DNA from: Paramecium tetraurelia
Lineage: Eukaryota
DNA length: 44,917 bases
Assembly (NCBI GenBank): GCA_000165425.1
Contig: CT868003.1
Span: 248,001 to 292,917, forward strand
Direction of reading: 5' to 3'
The position numbers were made by a program, and so were the translations under genes. Shown here in pieces: positions 1 through 14,392 of the stretch. The notes beneath the pieces were generated by a model. That model did no database searches and was not told the DNA's origin. It was given only the letters and a program-made list of their open reading frames with translations. The first letter of the stretch is position 1. Every line of letters starts with the position of its first letter.

Positions 1-132
1 GAATTTGATTGGATTTCTTAATTGCTTGCGTCATATTGAAAGTGTTTTATTTATCGAATTAATACTATATATAAATGAGCTATTCATTCTGCAAAATAAT
101 CATAAATAAAAATCTCTATTTTGGAGGATTTG

Positions 133-3100
133 ATGCAATTCACTTTGAAATTGGCATTTATTTTAGCATATCTGCAAGAGACTTTATCTTAGACATGCAG
201 AGTAAGCATTATTATATGGTTAGCTTTAAAATACAGAATACAATTTGTTGACGATTGTGAATGGAGAGACCTTCCGCTTGCCACTGAATGACTATTTCAT
301 TGGTGATGGACTCTCATACACCATTCAGCCTCAAAATTCCCCATTTGCTGAGAAAACAGTAGCACAAGGACAGGAATCTATAAAAGAAACAATAATTTCT
401 ACAACATCCTCGTACCTTAACAATAATCCAAACACTTAAGGATCAAATTATTACGCACTTGCTCAATTGACAGGGGGTGGATATTACATATTATCATAAT
501 TCCAAACCGGAGCCCCATATATTTAGAAGAATTACAATCACAATTTTGGATATATCGCTCCAGGACCAACTTGCTTTTCAATTAATTTCATTTAAAATGA
601 AATTATGATAACATGCTCAGCTTAAGGAACCAATCAATTGACATACTTATTCTACACTATCGATTAAAATCCCCCTTAATTGTTATTATAGAGTTAGACA
701 ATCAATTCCAACACCATTCAAGCTGGAGCTTATGTAACGACTTAAGCTGTGGGATAATATATAGTCACTTTAATAAATACTGGCACATATAAAACCGGAA
801 CCTATTTTTCAACATACTCAGAACTCTATGTATTCCAATTGAGTTTGGATACTCCTTAATAATTCAATTTCAACCAAATACAAATCCCAAGTCCACTTGT
901 TGGCACTGACTACTATACAGGTATTTCCTTACAAGAAAATGGCATTCGTAATTATTATCATATATCTTAGTTTTCATTACTACTTATTAAAGTGGATTAG
1001 CATACTTGAATTTAAACACTGTGCCAAACTAACTCCAATTTTTCAATCCATTTAGCCAAGGTACTTTGGGAGTAAGTTCCTATAGTGTGGATTACTCATC
1101 AAGCTTCTTTTATTTAGCAATTTGGAACGCCGAGGGTATAGTGGCAGGTGTCTATAATTCAGCAAGTTAAGTACCGGTAATAAACTTAATATATAGTGTA
1201 GTTTAAAACAGCTTAAGTGATTCAAACTAATCAAATCACCCAAACTTAAATGTTTGCAACTCAAGTTTTTATGAATCCTAGATTCCTTGTTGCAGTGAAC
1301 TCTAATGGTATTAGTGTCTATCCAAGCATCTTAAATGACATTAATAATTGGTAATTGCTCTATTATATCCCTTCAAATGTATTATCTAGCGCTTTCGATT
1401 ATTACAATAATATCTTAGTAACTGTTGCAGGCTAGAATGTTATCACTTATTAATTTAATAACCCAATTGTCACAACCTCAAATTTGGCTACTTCTGCAGG
1501 CATTTAAAATTTCACAATCACTGCAACTCCTTCTATGTTCGGAGGAGCAAAAACCAGTCAGCCATGTAGTTTGATTTTATACTACAATGTCACATCGCCC
1601 ATTTAGACAGTTGACATATTTTAGGCATATCAAGTGAATAGTGCAAAGGAGACATTCGTTCAATGGGGTCCCCTATTTAATTTATATTTGGGCTCAATTT
1701 AAACAGTAAACATAAATAAAATGTTAATTGGACCAGCTATTATTGCAGGATTCCCAACTACCAATGCAGCCTACTCTAATATTGATATTCAATTCTCAAA
1801 TGTTCTTTCAACTCCTTCATTAAACAGTCCCTACAGAATTAACTCCAACCTAATAGTTGGATAAAAAATCTTGTACTCACAAATGTTTTATGATGCCTCC
1901 TACATAGTTAATGATAAATTAGGAGAATAATTCAAGGACACTTACCTTTAATTGGTTCAAGTCTCCAATTATATTGTATTGTTCTAATGCTAAGGTTTTG
2001 AAGATTAACCATGCACTTAAATTGTTAACATCCCAAATAATGTTTCATTAATTGAACAATTTGCTTTGAGTTTTTCATCAAGCAACTTGATAAACATAGC
2101 ATATATGTGGAATGATTTTAATGTCAAGGACTAAAATTCTATCGGCCATATTACAATTTGTCAAGTGGGTTATCATTCAACAGTTACTAACTAAAATTGC
2201 AAAACCTAAGATTTTAACTCAAAAGATGATGGTGAAAGTCCCATTAAAGCATTATAAATTTCATTGGCTTAAGATAGTTTCTACATTCTTTTTTAATAAA
2301 CTGCAGATTAAGTAACTACAAATTATTTCTCTGCTTTCAATGTTTAGGAATATTTTAGTTCTACCAGTGACATTCTTGCACTGTAATCTTATCTTAATTC
2401 TACAAGTGCAGTTTCAAATACAACTATAAAACTTTCTGATTACACTATAGATAGCTTCACACAAAACATTCCTGCATATGGAAATATCATCTTCCTTAAT
2501 GCTTGGAATAGTGTAACTAATGGTGACATTACCAATTATTATTATTACCTTATAGCCATTAATTATAATGGTGGTTACCTAAATATAAATGGGTAATATG
2601 TTTTAAATGTGATTGGAGCTGTTTAAACAAACAAAGTTACAACATCACCATTAACTAATTACTATTAATTTACTGTTGATGGAATGTACCTTTTGTAAAT
2701 AAATACTAAAGGATCCCCTACACTAACTTTTTACCCAAGAGTCGATCTTTTGCCATCCCTATTTTTCTCTTATTAATAAACAAATCCACCTCAACAACCT
2801 GTTAATGGAATTTCATTATAAACTTATGGACTTTCACATATTGTTCAAGTAACTTCATCAGCTCGTTTCTTATATATCATGGGACAGCCTGAAGGTTCTA
2901 ACACATATTCAATCTATGTATACAAGAATACCCCTTCAAGCTAAAATGCTTTGTATTATGTGATTTCAACTGATGCAAATGATCAAATAATAGATGCTCC
3001 TTTTAGTGTAACCAGCGCAATCCAATACGATGGAATATTATTTAAATCAAGAGGAAATGACGGATATCGCAACAGTCTTCTATTACCTGAATTTGAATTT

Positions 3101-5354
3101 GTTGTGAAATGCAATTTGAATAGCAATTTCTAATAGCAAATTGAATACAGTTACGTCTTATTCAAGGCCCAAAGTATAGTGAAATCGGGTTCTAAATTGT
3201 CTTAGACAGCTTAAGAATATTGGGCAACTTTTGAGTCAGTGAATCTAGTCTCCTTTTCTAAGGAAACCAGTACAATTGCAAATGCTGGTAGTATATCAAC
3301 TTCTGGATTCACATAAGTCGATCCAAGAGCTTACTTCTAAGGAAATATTTAGAGCTTCCTGCTTTCAAATGGAACAAATTCAACTACTTTTTATTACTTC
3401 AACATCACCTCTCCAGTCGAGAGATAACCTCAAACCACAAATTACCAATATCCAGTAACAGCAGTATCTGCTTATATGCAAATATCGGATTCGACTGTCC
3501 AACTCAACTCAAGTAATTAATAATCTTAATATTGGTTCACATTTGTTTAAACAGACAGATTAGTATATGTGACTCCATATTTTTATTACAGTCCTCCTGA
3601 GGATTTCGCTGATAATTCAACTGTAAAGATTGATTATCCTTTGATTTACAAGCTACCTGTTTTGGATATAGCTCCCAATTCTTAGAAATGTCCATTGATA
3701 TTTGTGGATCCAGGCTCAAATGGAATAGTCAGTGTATGTGGAACAAAGGTTGCTAATAAATTTGCAGCTTCCTTCACATTATTTAACCCATTAAACTAGG
3801 AAGTTATGGAAACAAAATTAATAATGTTGGATTAGGCATTCCCTATTTTAGGTTAGACTACTTTAACAAATAATGGATCATATCAGCTTTAAACAGCAAC
3901 TTATCTAGATATAGGAGTAGTAGTGTTGTAATTCTAATACACTTATAACTTTGGTTCATCACCTCCAACAATTATCATATTACCATTTTTATATACCTCT
4001 AATTTGCATTAAAAAATAGCAAGTTATCCATCCAATCCAACTCTCTATTTTTACTAATTTATCTAGCCAATTTAATAAGTCTATCAAGTTCCAAGCAGCA
4101 ATTTGGGTAGTTCAATTTCTGTGACAGCATTTGCTTTAACCACAATCTACCTTGGTAATTAAAATGAAGCAAACCAGTAAACTTTTATTAGTTTCGGATT
4201 TTTATGTGTGTCAGATATCAAGGAAGAATGCTTAATACCATATACCTAAGGATAGACATAAACTCCAACTAGCGGAGTGGTCATCCAAGTAACTCCAAGA
4301 CTTTTGAATACAATATTTTCATCAACTCTCTTAGTCAGTTTCAGTTCACCAAACAACATATATTTAGCAACTCAAAATCCATTCTAGATATCTTTATTGA
4401 ACATAGTTTCAGGTATTAATTTTTATTAATTGTTAGATTACACCCAAAACTCAGTTCAATAAGTTATTTAAGCAGGAGCTCCATTAATTCAGAATGGTGT
4501 GATCTCTGAAGTGCCCTTAATTGCAGTCAGTCAAGGAACAGCCTACATCTTCAAGTTGTAATTCTATTTGAGTAATGCCCAATACATCCAATCATTATAC
4601 GCTTGCACACTCTTAGGATTATCTGATCAGAATCGTATTTTGCAAATTTCAGCAAGCAGCTCAAATACTGGTCAATATCAAGTGGTGGCAATCATAGCAA
4701 ATCCCACAGCCTCAGTTAATAATTAAGTAACATTACTTAACTATGGATTTATCAATCAGTAAATATCATATTCATTTTGATAGGTAATGTTCCATCAACC
4801 CTACCGCAGTATCAACAACCGTTTAACCAACTAAACTCTAAGATGGATTGGAAGTGTTGGTAACAGCTATAGGAGCAACAACTTATGTCTCAGCTGAAGC
4901 TACTCCAGTTTTGGCTTTGATGCAACCCCCTGCTATAAACAATTAAGTTATTGATATCGCTAGAACATTAATAAGTGATAATCAAGTGATCACTTTACTT
5001 GACACTAGTCCTTATCTTACCATCTCAGCTTATCCAAATTATAATCTTAAAGGAGGTGTCTCCTTGAATTCGACAAATTTATTTTCAAGTTCTGTTGAAC
5101 CTCTGATAACATCAATTTCAGCCATGAGCGTTTAAACTTACATCAATAATTTGTTAATATCCGGAGAAGGAGGCTCTACACTATTTGAATTCAGTATTTC
5201 ACAAATTCCCGTCAATTCCACTTTCCCAGATTCTGTTTGGGATAGAAAATTATGGGGTTAGTTCATCTGGGGATCTATCATGTTTATTATCATCGTAGGT
5301 ATTATCGGATACTTGTTTTACAAATCATAGCCATTGCCATACGATAGATTTTGA
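133..5354 (+). CDS. Large (~1720 aa) type I single-pass membrane glycoprotein, unknown family
   Basis: Code-6 frame starts MQFTLKLAFILAYLQETLSQ (signal peptide). Introns at 202-223 and 4759-4783. Ectodomain is rich in N/T/S/Y/Q. C-terminal TM FIWGSIMFIIIVGIIGYLFY, tail KSQPLPYDRF, then TGA. Confidence 0.85.
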
Positions 5355-5396
5355 TATATTAGACAGATACATATAAATTAAAATATTTGAATTAAA

Positions 5397-7682
5397 TCAA
5401 AGTTCTTCATAATAGATCTCCTCTTCAACCACCTGCTGCTCTTCCTCCCCACTTACTACTTTATTCTTTAAAAGAGAAGGCGGCTATAATAAGCTGTCTG
5501 TTAATTGAAACTGGCTCTACTCTTCTTCCCTTTGCTACTCCTTGATCTGTTCCACTTTTTAAGTTACAACTTTTGTCTAATCGCTTTACTTCTTTATAAA
5601 AGGAATGCTCTCAACATAAGTCTCACTATAGGTAATGTTCTCTCTTCCACAAGTTGTTGGTTTCCTGCTTTCCGAAGTCTTCAATGAATTATCATTCAAT
5701 CGTAATTCTAAGTTAAGAATCTCTATTTACATGAATATGTTAGAATTGGTTCAATAGTTATCTGCATTTTCATTTCAACATGCTTCTGCACTATATCCTC
5801 ATCATCATCGTATTTTACTATAATCTTTGGTGTTGATTTATAAATTTGGAAATTGTTCATCTACAATTTATTCAATTAATCCATCATTTCGCATTCCTCC
5901 CTCAAATACAAACTCAAAAATCCTTGATCTATAGTACCAGAATCCCCAAAATACAAAGAATTTATTAATTTCAGAAAGCTTATGTGTTCTGAATTCCACT
6001 TTGTATTGTTCTTTAAAAAAATTATGTAATCATCAATATTGTACTTTTTGTCCTCCAGTCTTATTGATTTCATTTCGAAATTCAAGAATTTTATTAAGCT
6101 GTTCTTATTTACGATGCTTTTGAAATTGAATTGAGTGTCTTCCTTACTCGGTACTATTTACTGTATCATATCAGTGACACTCTGAGTATCTTCCCATTGA
6201 ATTCGATATGCTTATCCTTTGTCTTCTCCAATGAAATATCTACTTAAAACTAACGCATCTTTTTCTGAATAATTAAAGGGCCTCCTCATAAACAATTCTA
6301 ATCCTTATTGCAATTAAATAAATTAGATTCCTTTAAATAAGTATTGAAGTCTTGTTCGAGTCAAACACATTGAAATTACTTTATACCTTAAATCTTCAAG
6401 TAATTCTTTTAATCTTTCTTAATCTATTGGATCTGTATTGATAATATCAGTAGCTTTATGCTCTGCTTATTGGACTTCTGGAAATTATGTAAATTCTGAT
6501 CTATAACATTTTGGTGGAATCAAATGTTTAACAACAGGTTCTTCAGATGTAGTCTTCTATTTAAGTAAATCCTATATAGCAACACGATCTTGTAAATCTT
6601 GTCTAATTAATAATAAACTTATTTGAAATAATACATGAGTAACTCCTTTTTAAGAAGTGCATCTTCTAAATTCTGTTTAGATTTTTGAACTAAGGCTAAT
6701 TATTATTTAAACTCTCGTTCTTAATCTTGTTATTATTTTGTGACTTATTTGTACTTAGTCTCATAAAGGGATAGTTCTCCCTTCAAAGAGTCGACTTATT
6801 TTAATACGCTCCTAATTATAATAATGCATGATACTGCAGTTTCATCTCCAAAAATTATCTTTTCTTCTATTAATATTATTCAGTCTCAGTAATGATTTAA
6901 TCCTCTAACTTTTTCTTCAATTGAGTTTTTTCAAAAGAAACCTACTTGACTTCCTCCTTCACCTTAATATTATCTTCAACAAGCCCTTAATATTCACATT
7001 TAAGTTGATTGATTTGCTTCTCTAGTACTTCAATTTGGCTCTCTTGGGCATTGATGGTCAACACATAATTTTTTATACGCTCCCCTATATCTGGATCATT
7101 AAATAAGCTGTTTTCATATGGAAAGCATACTCTTGGTCTGTCACCTTGATGGCGACTTATTGAAACTGTTTCAAACGCATGATTTCATCCTACTGATTCT
7201 TTATCTCTTTCTGCAATTCTACAAGTTAAGTTAATTTCACAGATTTGCATTGTCTTCTCAAATCATCCGTAAGCTCTGCAATTTATTATGCCTATTCTCG
7301 AATCTTCGCTTTTAACATTGGCACAATACTCCCTTCTTGGTTTGCAGTTGTCAATCCTAATGGGTCTGTGTGTAACTGATAGCGATCAACTTTCTCTATT
7401 TACTATACGCGATTCTAAAATATTAAGATATAGATAAATTACTTATAACTATTAAACCAAAGTTCTCAACTTAATATTCTGCATACGAAGCACATTGGCC
7501 TCTTGTTTGTATTGAAGATTCTGAATATAAAGAGTCTCTCCATCAGCATAACGTTTAGTCGGAGGGCTAGTAACTTTGTTTGGTTTAGGAGTAAACATTA
7601 GATGAGACATTGAATCTCTAGATCGAGCATCAGATGCCTCAGATTTCAACTTCATTATTGCTGATTGAGGTCTATTCTGCAT
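5397..7682 (-). CDS. Coiled-coil hypothetical protein
   Basis: Starts MQNRPQSAIMK. Intron about 7415-7442. E/K/Q-rich heptad-like N-terminal half. Ends EEEIYYEEL-TGA. Internal structure only partly checked. Confidence 0.7.
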
Positions 7683-8031
7683 TATTAAGTAATTAATATA
7701 TCACTATAAATTTCTTTTCTACTTTTTTTTAATTTCTTATTAAATACTTGAAAATTTGATAAACTGTCGACCTCAATGCCTTCCTTGAATTCCAATTATA
7801 TTCATTCTCTACTGGTTGACATAATATATTATTATCAACATTAACACTTATTTTTGTTAATTATAATCTTTATTATCTTTAAATTAGTGCCATAATATTT
7901 TTATTTAAAATTCTTTTTTTATAGAATTTGCAAATACACACTTTATTATATTATACATATTAATACATACTTAAATCAACTTTAATCTGTGTCTAACTTG
8001 TTTAATTAATATTTATTTATTTAATCTAAAT

Positions 8032-9018
8032 ATGATTCTTCAAGCAAACTTTCATTATGAAATTGATAAAATGGAAAAACTCGCTTCCACATCTGCTAAG
8101 AATGGAAATGATCTCTTTGAAAGCGTTGGAAAACTTACATCCGATATCTAATAGTATATCATATACTTAGACAATACCTTCCAAAAAGTATTTGCAATAT
8201 CGAAAGTCGAACTCGTCAGACTTCCTGATGAAAAGAAACCTTTGGAAAACTTTATAGACCTTATCTTTCATATAGCATGTCAGAAAGGGATTAAAACTAT
8301 TGCTTTTCATTTGAGAAAAGAAAAAATTTCTAATACAAATATATCAATACATGAAAACGAAAAGATTCTGCAGCTCTTAGCGGACTTTCAAAATTAAAAG
8401 GATTCAGACTAATAAGGAAAAATGGAAAAGAAAATTAGTGCCTTTGCCTTATAAGACAGTGATTACATTGGTATGAGAAAAAAGCTTAATTTTTTATTTT
8501 TTGGGAAAGAACACTTTTAAGACTTAACTATAGAACAAAGAAAAGAATAAGAATAAGTTTTCAGTATTTTCATTCAAATACCGAATTCCAATAAGAGCTC
8601 TTCATGTTATATTTAGAATAAAAATCAAACCTTTACAGTGCTATCTAATTGTAAATTAAATTTCTATTAGTGTTTTAGTTCAAATAAGATAAGCACACCT
8701 CTATGAGACTAACCTATCATGGACAAAATAAAATTCAGAAAATAAAAATTAGAATTGTAAATTAAATTTCTATTATAAGCATCCAATCTTTATGAAACTC
8801 ATCTATAATAGCCAAACTAAAAATAAGAAAATAAAATACAACCTAGATTATTTCTTGAAGTTAAAGTGATAGAATCAAAAATTATGAAAAACAATTTTAC
8901 ATATGAAACTACATTAACAATGGACACTCACTAGAAAACTTAGAATCATTTAATGTTTGTTTTTAATAGTAAAGTGCTTGCCTTTTAGTTTCCCTTAAAA
9001 TTTACAAGCAATTAATGA
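8032..9018 (+). CDS. Hypothetical protein (~328 aa)
   Basis: Code-6 frame MILQANFHYEIDKMEK...KFTSNQ-TGA, with start and stop in the same frame. Preceded by AT-rich spacer. Confidence 0.7.
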
Positions 9019-9238
9019 AATTATTATTCATTTATGAATTCAATTCTAATTTTATTGATAGGTTTTCTTTTGGGTCATAAAATGATTCTTTTCTTTTAAT
9101 ATATTTGTCTTAAAAGAGGATTCATACTTTCACAATATTTTAATATAAGCAAAATATTCTATTTCCTCTTTTTCAAAGTAATAGGATATTGGAAAAATAA
9201 TTATTGAATAAATGTGATATATTTATAAGTAAGTAAAA

Positions 9239-11884
9239 TCAAATAATTTATTACACGATAGATTGGCATTCATCAATAATGAGATCAATTTCTCTTTCTA
9301 ATTTCATAATTTCAAATTTATGAATTGAAAATTTCATTGCTTACTAAATTAAGTAATTCACATTCAAATTTAATAACTTAAGTTATTAGACTGAATTTTT
9401 TCTAATATTCTCTTGTTTTTATTTAATTTTTTATTTTTGATCAATTCTAGTTTGTAGAAGTTCTTGATAAATTTGTGTATGAAATGATGAATAGTATAGA
9501 TCAATTTCCCTTTTTATTGATTTACGACGTTTATTGTGATTCCATTTAGCAACTAGATCTTTAAGTTTCTTTCTCTTTATTTTTTCATAAGATTCTTATT
9601 TTTTTTTTATTATAAATGATTAAACTTAATTCTCTTATTCTACCACTTGACCAAATTTATGCATAAGCTTTTTTAATTAATTATTAGTTTCAAACATTTG
9701 AGTTTAAATTGTCTATTGACTTCTGGTGGCAACCAATTCTCTAATGATTTTATAATCTTAATCAATCGTGAAGGTACTTCTTCTTTTCTTGGTTCTAACT
9801 AGCATTTATTTGATTCTTTCCACAGCCTTGATATACAAATAAGGTATACCAATCTAAACTTCTCTCGAAGAAGTTTTTTCCGAGCCTACTTTTAACCTAC
9901 AACTGATAACATCAAATCCTATTAAACACTGATGTAATTTCGACAATCTATTTTGGATTTGAATTATTATCTATTTTCACTTGATCTTCTAACCTCTTGT
10001 GTCTTAACGACCTTACCTTCTATAATGATGGCAGTTGATCTTTTCAGTCTAACAGCCTATCCTATTAATTATGGATTGTAAATATTACTTTATTTTTGCT
10101 CTGCATAATCAGATAAAAGGATTTTCCTTCTCTTATACATTTAGAATAATTCGAAAAACTATGTTGAGTTTTATTTAATCAAGGATTCAAAAAACCTACC
10201 TGGACACATCAGAACAACACTTTTAGTAACAGCATGAGCATGCCATCTTCTTAAAGTCTATTCGATTGATTCTACTTCTCCAAAGACTGTCCCCTCCATG
10301 ACTCTGATAATACTTTCTCCAGTCGCATCAGATAGTCTGACATCACCACTTAGAAGATAATAAAAATCAGAGGAACTTTGACCTATATGATATATTGTAG
10401 CATATTCATCATATTTGGCTAAAGTACAATAAGGCAGAACCATGGCAGAGAAATTAATGTCATTGGCAATGAAGGGTACAATTTTAAGAATGTCCTTATG
10501 AGTCGATGCAATAACATATTATCTCATACTCCAAGGCAATGCTTAGACCATTTCAATAGTATTACGTGCCCAAAAGGGATTGTGAGAAATATTGAATTTA
10601 GCAAATGATATTAATTCTTTGAGTATTTCCTCTATCATAAATGTTTGATCTCCCAATTCCTCCAGCAATATCAATTAATCTTCATACTCTTAACGTGGAT
10701 TAACATTCACTAAGATGCAAGTGATATCACCAATAGTAAATGAATAGAAACCAACTCCAATGAGCATCCAGAATATTTGAAGAAAGAACTCAAAGGAAGT
10801 TTGAGCTGCAATGTCTCCATATCCTATTACAGTTACTGTTTAGATTGCCCAATAGAAACAGGTCACATATTATTTACCTATGTTATAATCATAAACATTC
10901 TCCCTTACTGCCCAGGTGTTCTAGTTAAATTCATCAATTCTAGCACTCCAAAACCATAAACATGCAAAAATGTGAGTCAAGATTATCATGTCTATAAATA
11001 TGGTTACAATTCTTCTGATTCTTAGATCTATGTTATAATCTGATCTATAGAATAGATCTTCGTTTACAACAATCTCCTTCTTTTTAATTATATCATTAGT
11101 AGTATGGTAATTTTCACGTCTTTCGTACATGAAATACTTAGCTACTCGAAACAATCTCATCAACCCTAACATTTTTGTAATCTCATATGTTTCAAAGGGT
11201 ATTATAGATAGTAAATCAACTATAAACCATCCTTTTATGTAATAGGGAATGATCTTATCAAAAGTATGTAAAAGCGTGTTATGTTCATCGATGTGGCAAC
11301 TGATGAAGTTAAATAAGATATCTATTGCAAATATTGAAGATATGATTTAGGTCAATAATGTTCCAACTCCCCTTATATTTTTAGATACAATACTTGGAAT
11401 GCTAACTGAAAAGGCAATATTATTGAAGCTATGCAATGCAATCCTTTTATAAAAACTATCCAAAAGATATATATCTTATCATCTGGATACAATGGAAAAA
11501 AGTTGCGATGCCGATATTTGTATTCCATGTGCTATGATTTCAATTATTCAGCATATGATCGAAGTTCCTTCACAAAATTCATTGCATGGATTAATTTTCT
11601 ACTTATTTTTCTAAATACGCATTTAGCTTTCCTTTTCTACAGCTACGAATGACTAACAAAACTAAACTTCAGATGAGAGTCTGTTCTTGACAATGTATTC
11701 CTCGATTCAGTTGAAGATGGAAGATTATAAAGTGGCAATCTATTCATTACATATTCTGATACAGATATCGCGAGGTCTTAGCAATATGGATCTTCTTCAT
11801 TTAATTTAATCCATTCCTATTTCCACTTCCAAATATAACTTCATTTATAGGCGAATCATCACTACTCATTGGATATATTTGCAT
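9239..11884 (-). CDS. 6TM cation channel with cyclic-nucleotide-binding domain (EAG/HCN/CNG-like K+ channel family)
   Basis: S2-S3 motif HYIKGWFIVDLLSIIPF. S4-like GLMRLFRVAK. Pore YVTCFYWAIQTVTVIGYGD. S6 WMLIGVGFYSFTIGDI. CNBD FYYLLSGDV...VFGEVE. C-terminal coiled coil. Several tiny introns. Confidence 0.92.
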
Positions 11885-12250
11885 ATTCTAAATTTTGATT
11901 AATAATTATTTACAAACGCAACAAAAATCAATTTTTTATCATTATATTTTACTATCATGTCCTATATCACAAGGATTGAATTGCAAATCAATATAAACCG
12001 ACAATATTTTACTCTTCATTTCCTCATCAAACTAATCCAAAATTATAATTCTCATCTTGTTCAATACTAAGTAATATCATTTCATTTTGTATACTCCAAC
12101 ACATCTATGCATCTGAATATTGGTACAATTAATCGATCCTAATATTAAATTCTTCAAATCAGCCAGCTTCCTAAGTGTATCCATTCTATACATAATACAC
12201 ATTTTATGTAGCCATTGTATTAAATTAAAAATAGTATAAATTATTATATT

Positions 12251-12735
12251 ATGTCGAATAATAATAAACATTTTCCATTACCTTAAACATTCGATTAAGA
12301 AAATATCCCAACAATATCTAAGGTGTAATATCCTTCCTTTGAACTCTAAGATTAGAATTAAATGGCTTATAATTAATATGCTCAACCTATTTAATAAGGA
12401 TATCCAATCTAATACTCTCCAACATTTTAAAATTGTATAATATATCTAAAATATCAAACATAGCTTAAATATCAATCCAATCGAATTCTTCAGTTGTTGT
12501 GAGTTGCTATTATTGTCAAAAACAGGTTCAAACCATTGTTTCCTACGAAGCCGGAGCAGGAGCCTATTTAGTTGGAGGAGTCCTGGCTGCTTTAGGACTA
12601 TGGTTTGGGTATCAATTAATCTAAATTGTTTATAGTTGTTGTTTGATTCCTTGTTATTTGAAAGATTGTCAGGATTCAGTTCACTTCTGCTCCTAATGTT
12701 CTGCCTAATTGGGAAGAAAAAAGTTTATATTTTGA
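12251..12735 (+). CDS. LITAF-like zinc-ribbon membrane-associated protein
   Basis: P/Q/Y-rich N-terminus, then CYYC, a hydrophobic segment (GAYLVGGVLAALGLWFGCCLIPC) and HFCSQC. Two tiny introns. Confidence 0.9.
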
Positions 12736-13452
12736 AACAGCTATCATTATCCCATAATCATATCATAATAAAACTCTATTGGTCTCATTGATATTTTTAA
12801 ACACACTAGTTAATTAGTGTTATAGCTTGTTGAATTTATATAATTTATTCTTATAATCATTTGTTTCTCAGAAACTCATGAATCTACACGAACTGATAAA
12901 TGAAAAACTATTTATATCTTCTATAATTATAAATTATCTAAATAATTTATATTTGAATATTTTAAGAATCTGTTTCTCTAATAAGTTGAAGTGAAGTTGG
13001 AATCGAAAAATATCCAAACCTTAAAAATAATAAAATATTCGAAAAATAAGGATCGCTTGATTTGCAATTATTCTTAATTTAATTACAATTTCTTTTATTT
13101 CTGTAAGAATTACAAAGAATTTTAATTACTTTAAATTCCTATGTGAATAATTATAAATTTTAAAATCTTTAAAAGTATATAATCATTCATTAAGTTGATT
13201 TTAATATCAAATCAATATATTCATATCGTAAAATCTAATAGTTATATTTATATATTCTCATACTTATATCTTAGCATGAACATAGAAATTTTCATTCTTT
13301 CCTTTTAAATTAAAAAATGATTTGATGATCATAATCAGATATTTTTAATTAATTTGTCAGATCCAAGAAGATTATCGTTTAATTTAATATAGAATAAGTT
13401 TATAAATTTGAATTCAGAACTTTTGTTTACTTTTTAGATCTTTAAATATTTA

Positions 13453-14331
13453 TCATTAGTTTCTACCAACCATTTCGGATATGTAGGGACCCTATGCCTT
13501 TACTGCAATCAAATCTGCTAATGGGTGAGGTAAGAATCTGATTAGATTTGATAATAGCCAATAAAATGAAGGAATAGAATGGACATCTTTTTAATTTTCA
13601 ATTGCATCAATGATTTCTATGGCGACTCTTTCTTCTTTTAATTCAGGCATTAGAAAATCGATTTTAGATTTCACTCCTTTAAACATTCCTGTGTTGATTG
13701 CCCAAGGAGCAATGAATGTGCATTTGACAGGACTTTTTTTCAATTTCAATTCAACTCTTAAACTATTATGAAAACCTAATAGAGCATGTTTGGAGGCACA
13801 ATATGCTGTTACTTTTAATCCAGTTATAATGGATAAAACAGATCCTACATTGACTATATGTCCAAATTTTTATGCTTCCATTTTGGGAATAAGTAGTTTG
13901 CATAGGATAACTGGTGCAAGGTAATTAACTGCATGAGTCAACTAAAGATCTTGAAATGATTATTCTGTGAATAGTTTCAGTTTAGCTACTCCAGCATTAT
14001 TGATTAAGATATGGATTGGTTCATTGATTTAATTAATAGTTTCTATGATCTGTTCTTATTTCGATAGATCACATTCATAAAATTGTACAGTACTTCCATA
14101 TTGTTCAATAGTATTTTTAAGATCAGCAACTAGATCCTTTCTAATGTCTAAGACAATAATCTTGCATTTCTTCATTGCCAATAATTTGCACATTTATTTT
14201 CCAATTCCCATGCATCCTCCAGTAATTAAAACAGTCATATTTGAATCTAGTTTGAGTTTTTTTTATTTCCTGATAAGTAAAAAGTATGTCAGAAAAATAA
14301 TGAAAAAAGTTAGGGTATAAACGACAATCAT
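13453..14331 (-). CDS. Short-chain dehydrogenase/reductase with N-terminal anchor (retinol dehydrogenase/SDR16C-like)
   Basis: N-terminal TM, TGGCMGIG Rossmann motif, ILINNAG, catalytic YCASK. 292 aa, intronless. Confidence 0.92.
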
Positions 14332-14392
14332 AAATATAATAATAATATTTATAATTTGAATTAGTTTAGATATTTATAAACAACACATGATT

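Noticed and set aside
75..251. Upstream ATG at 75 as the start of the large membrane gene
   Set aside because: It is out of frame and hits TGA whether or not the 202-223 intron is spliced. ATG 133 gives a signal peptide in frame.
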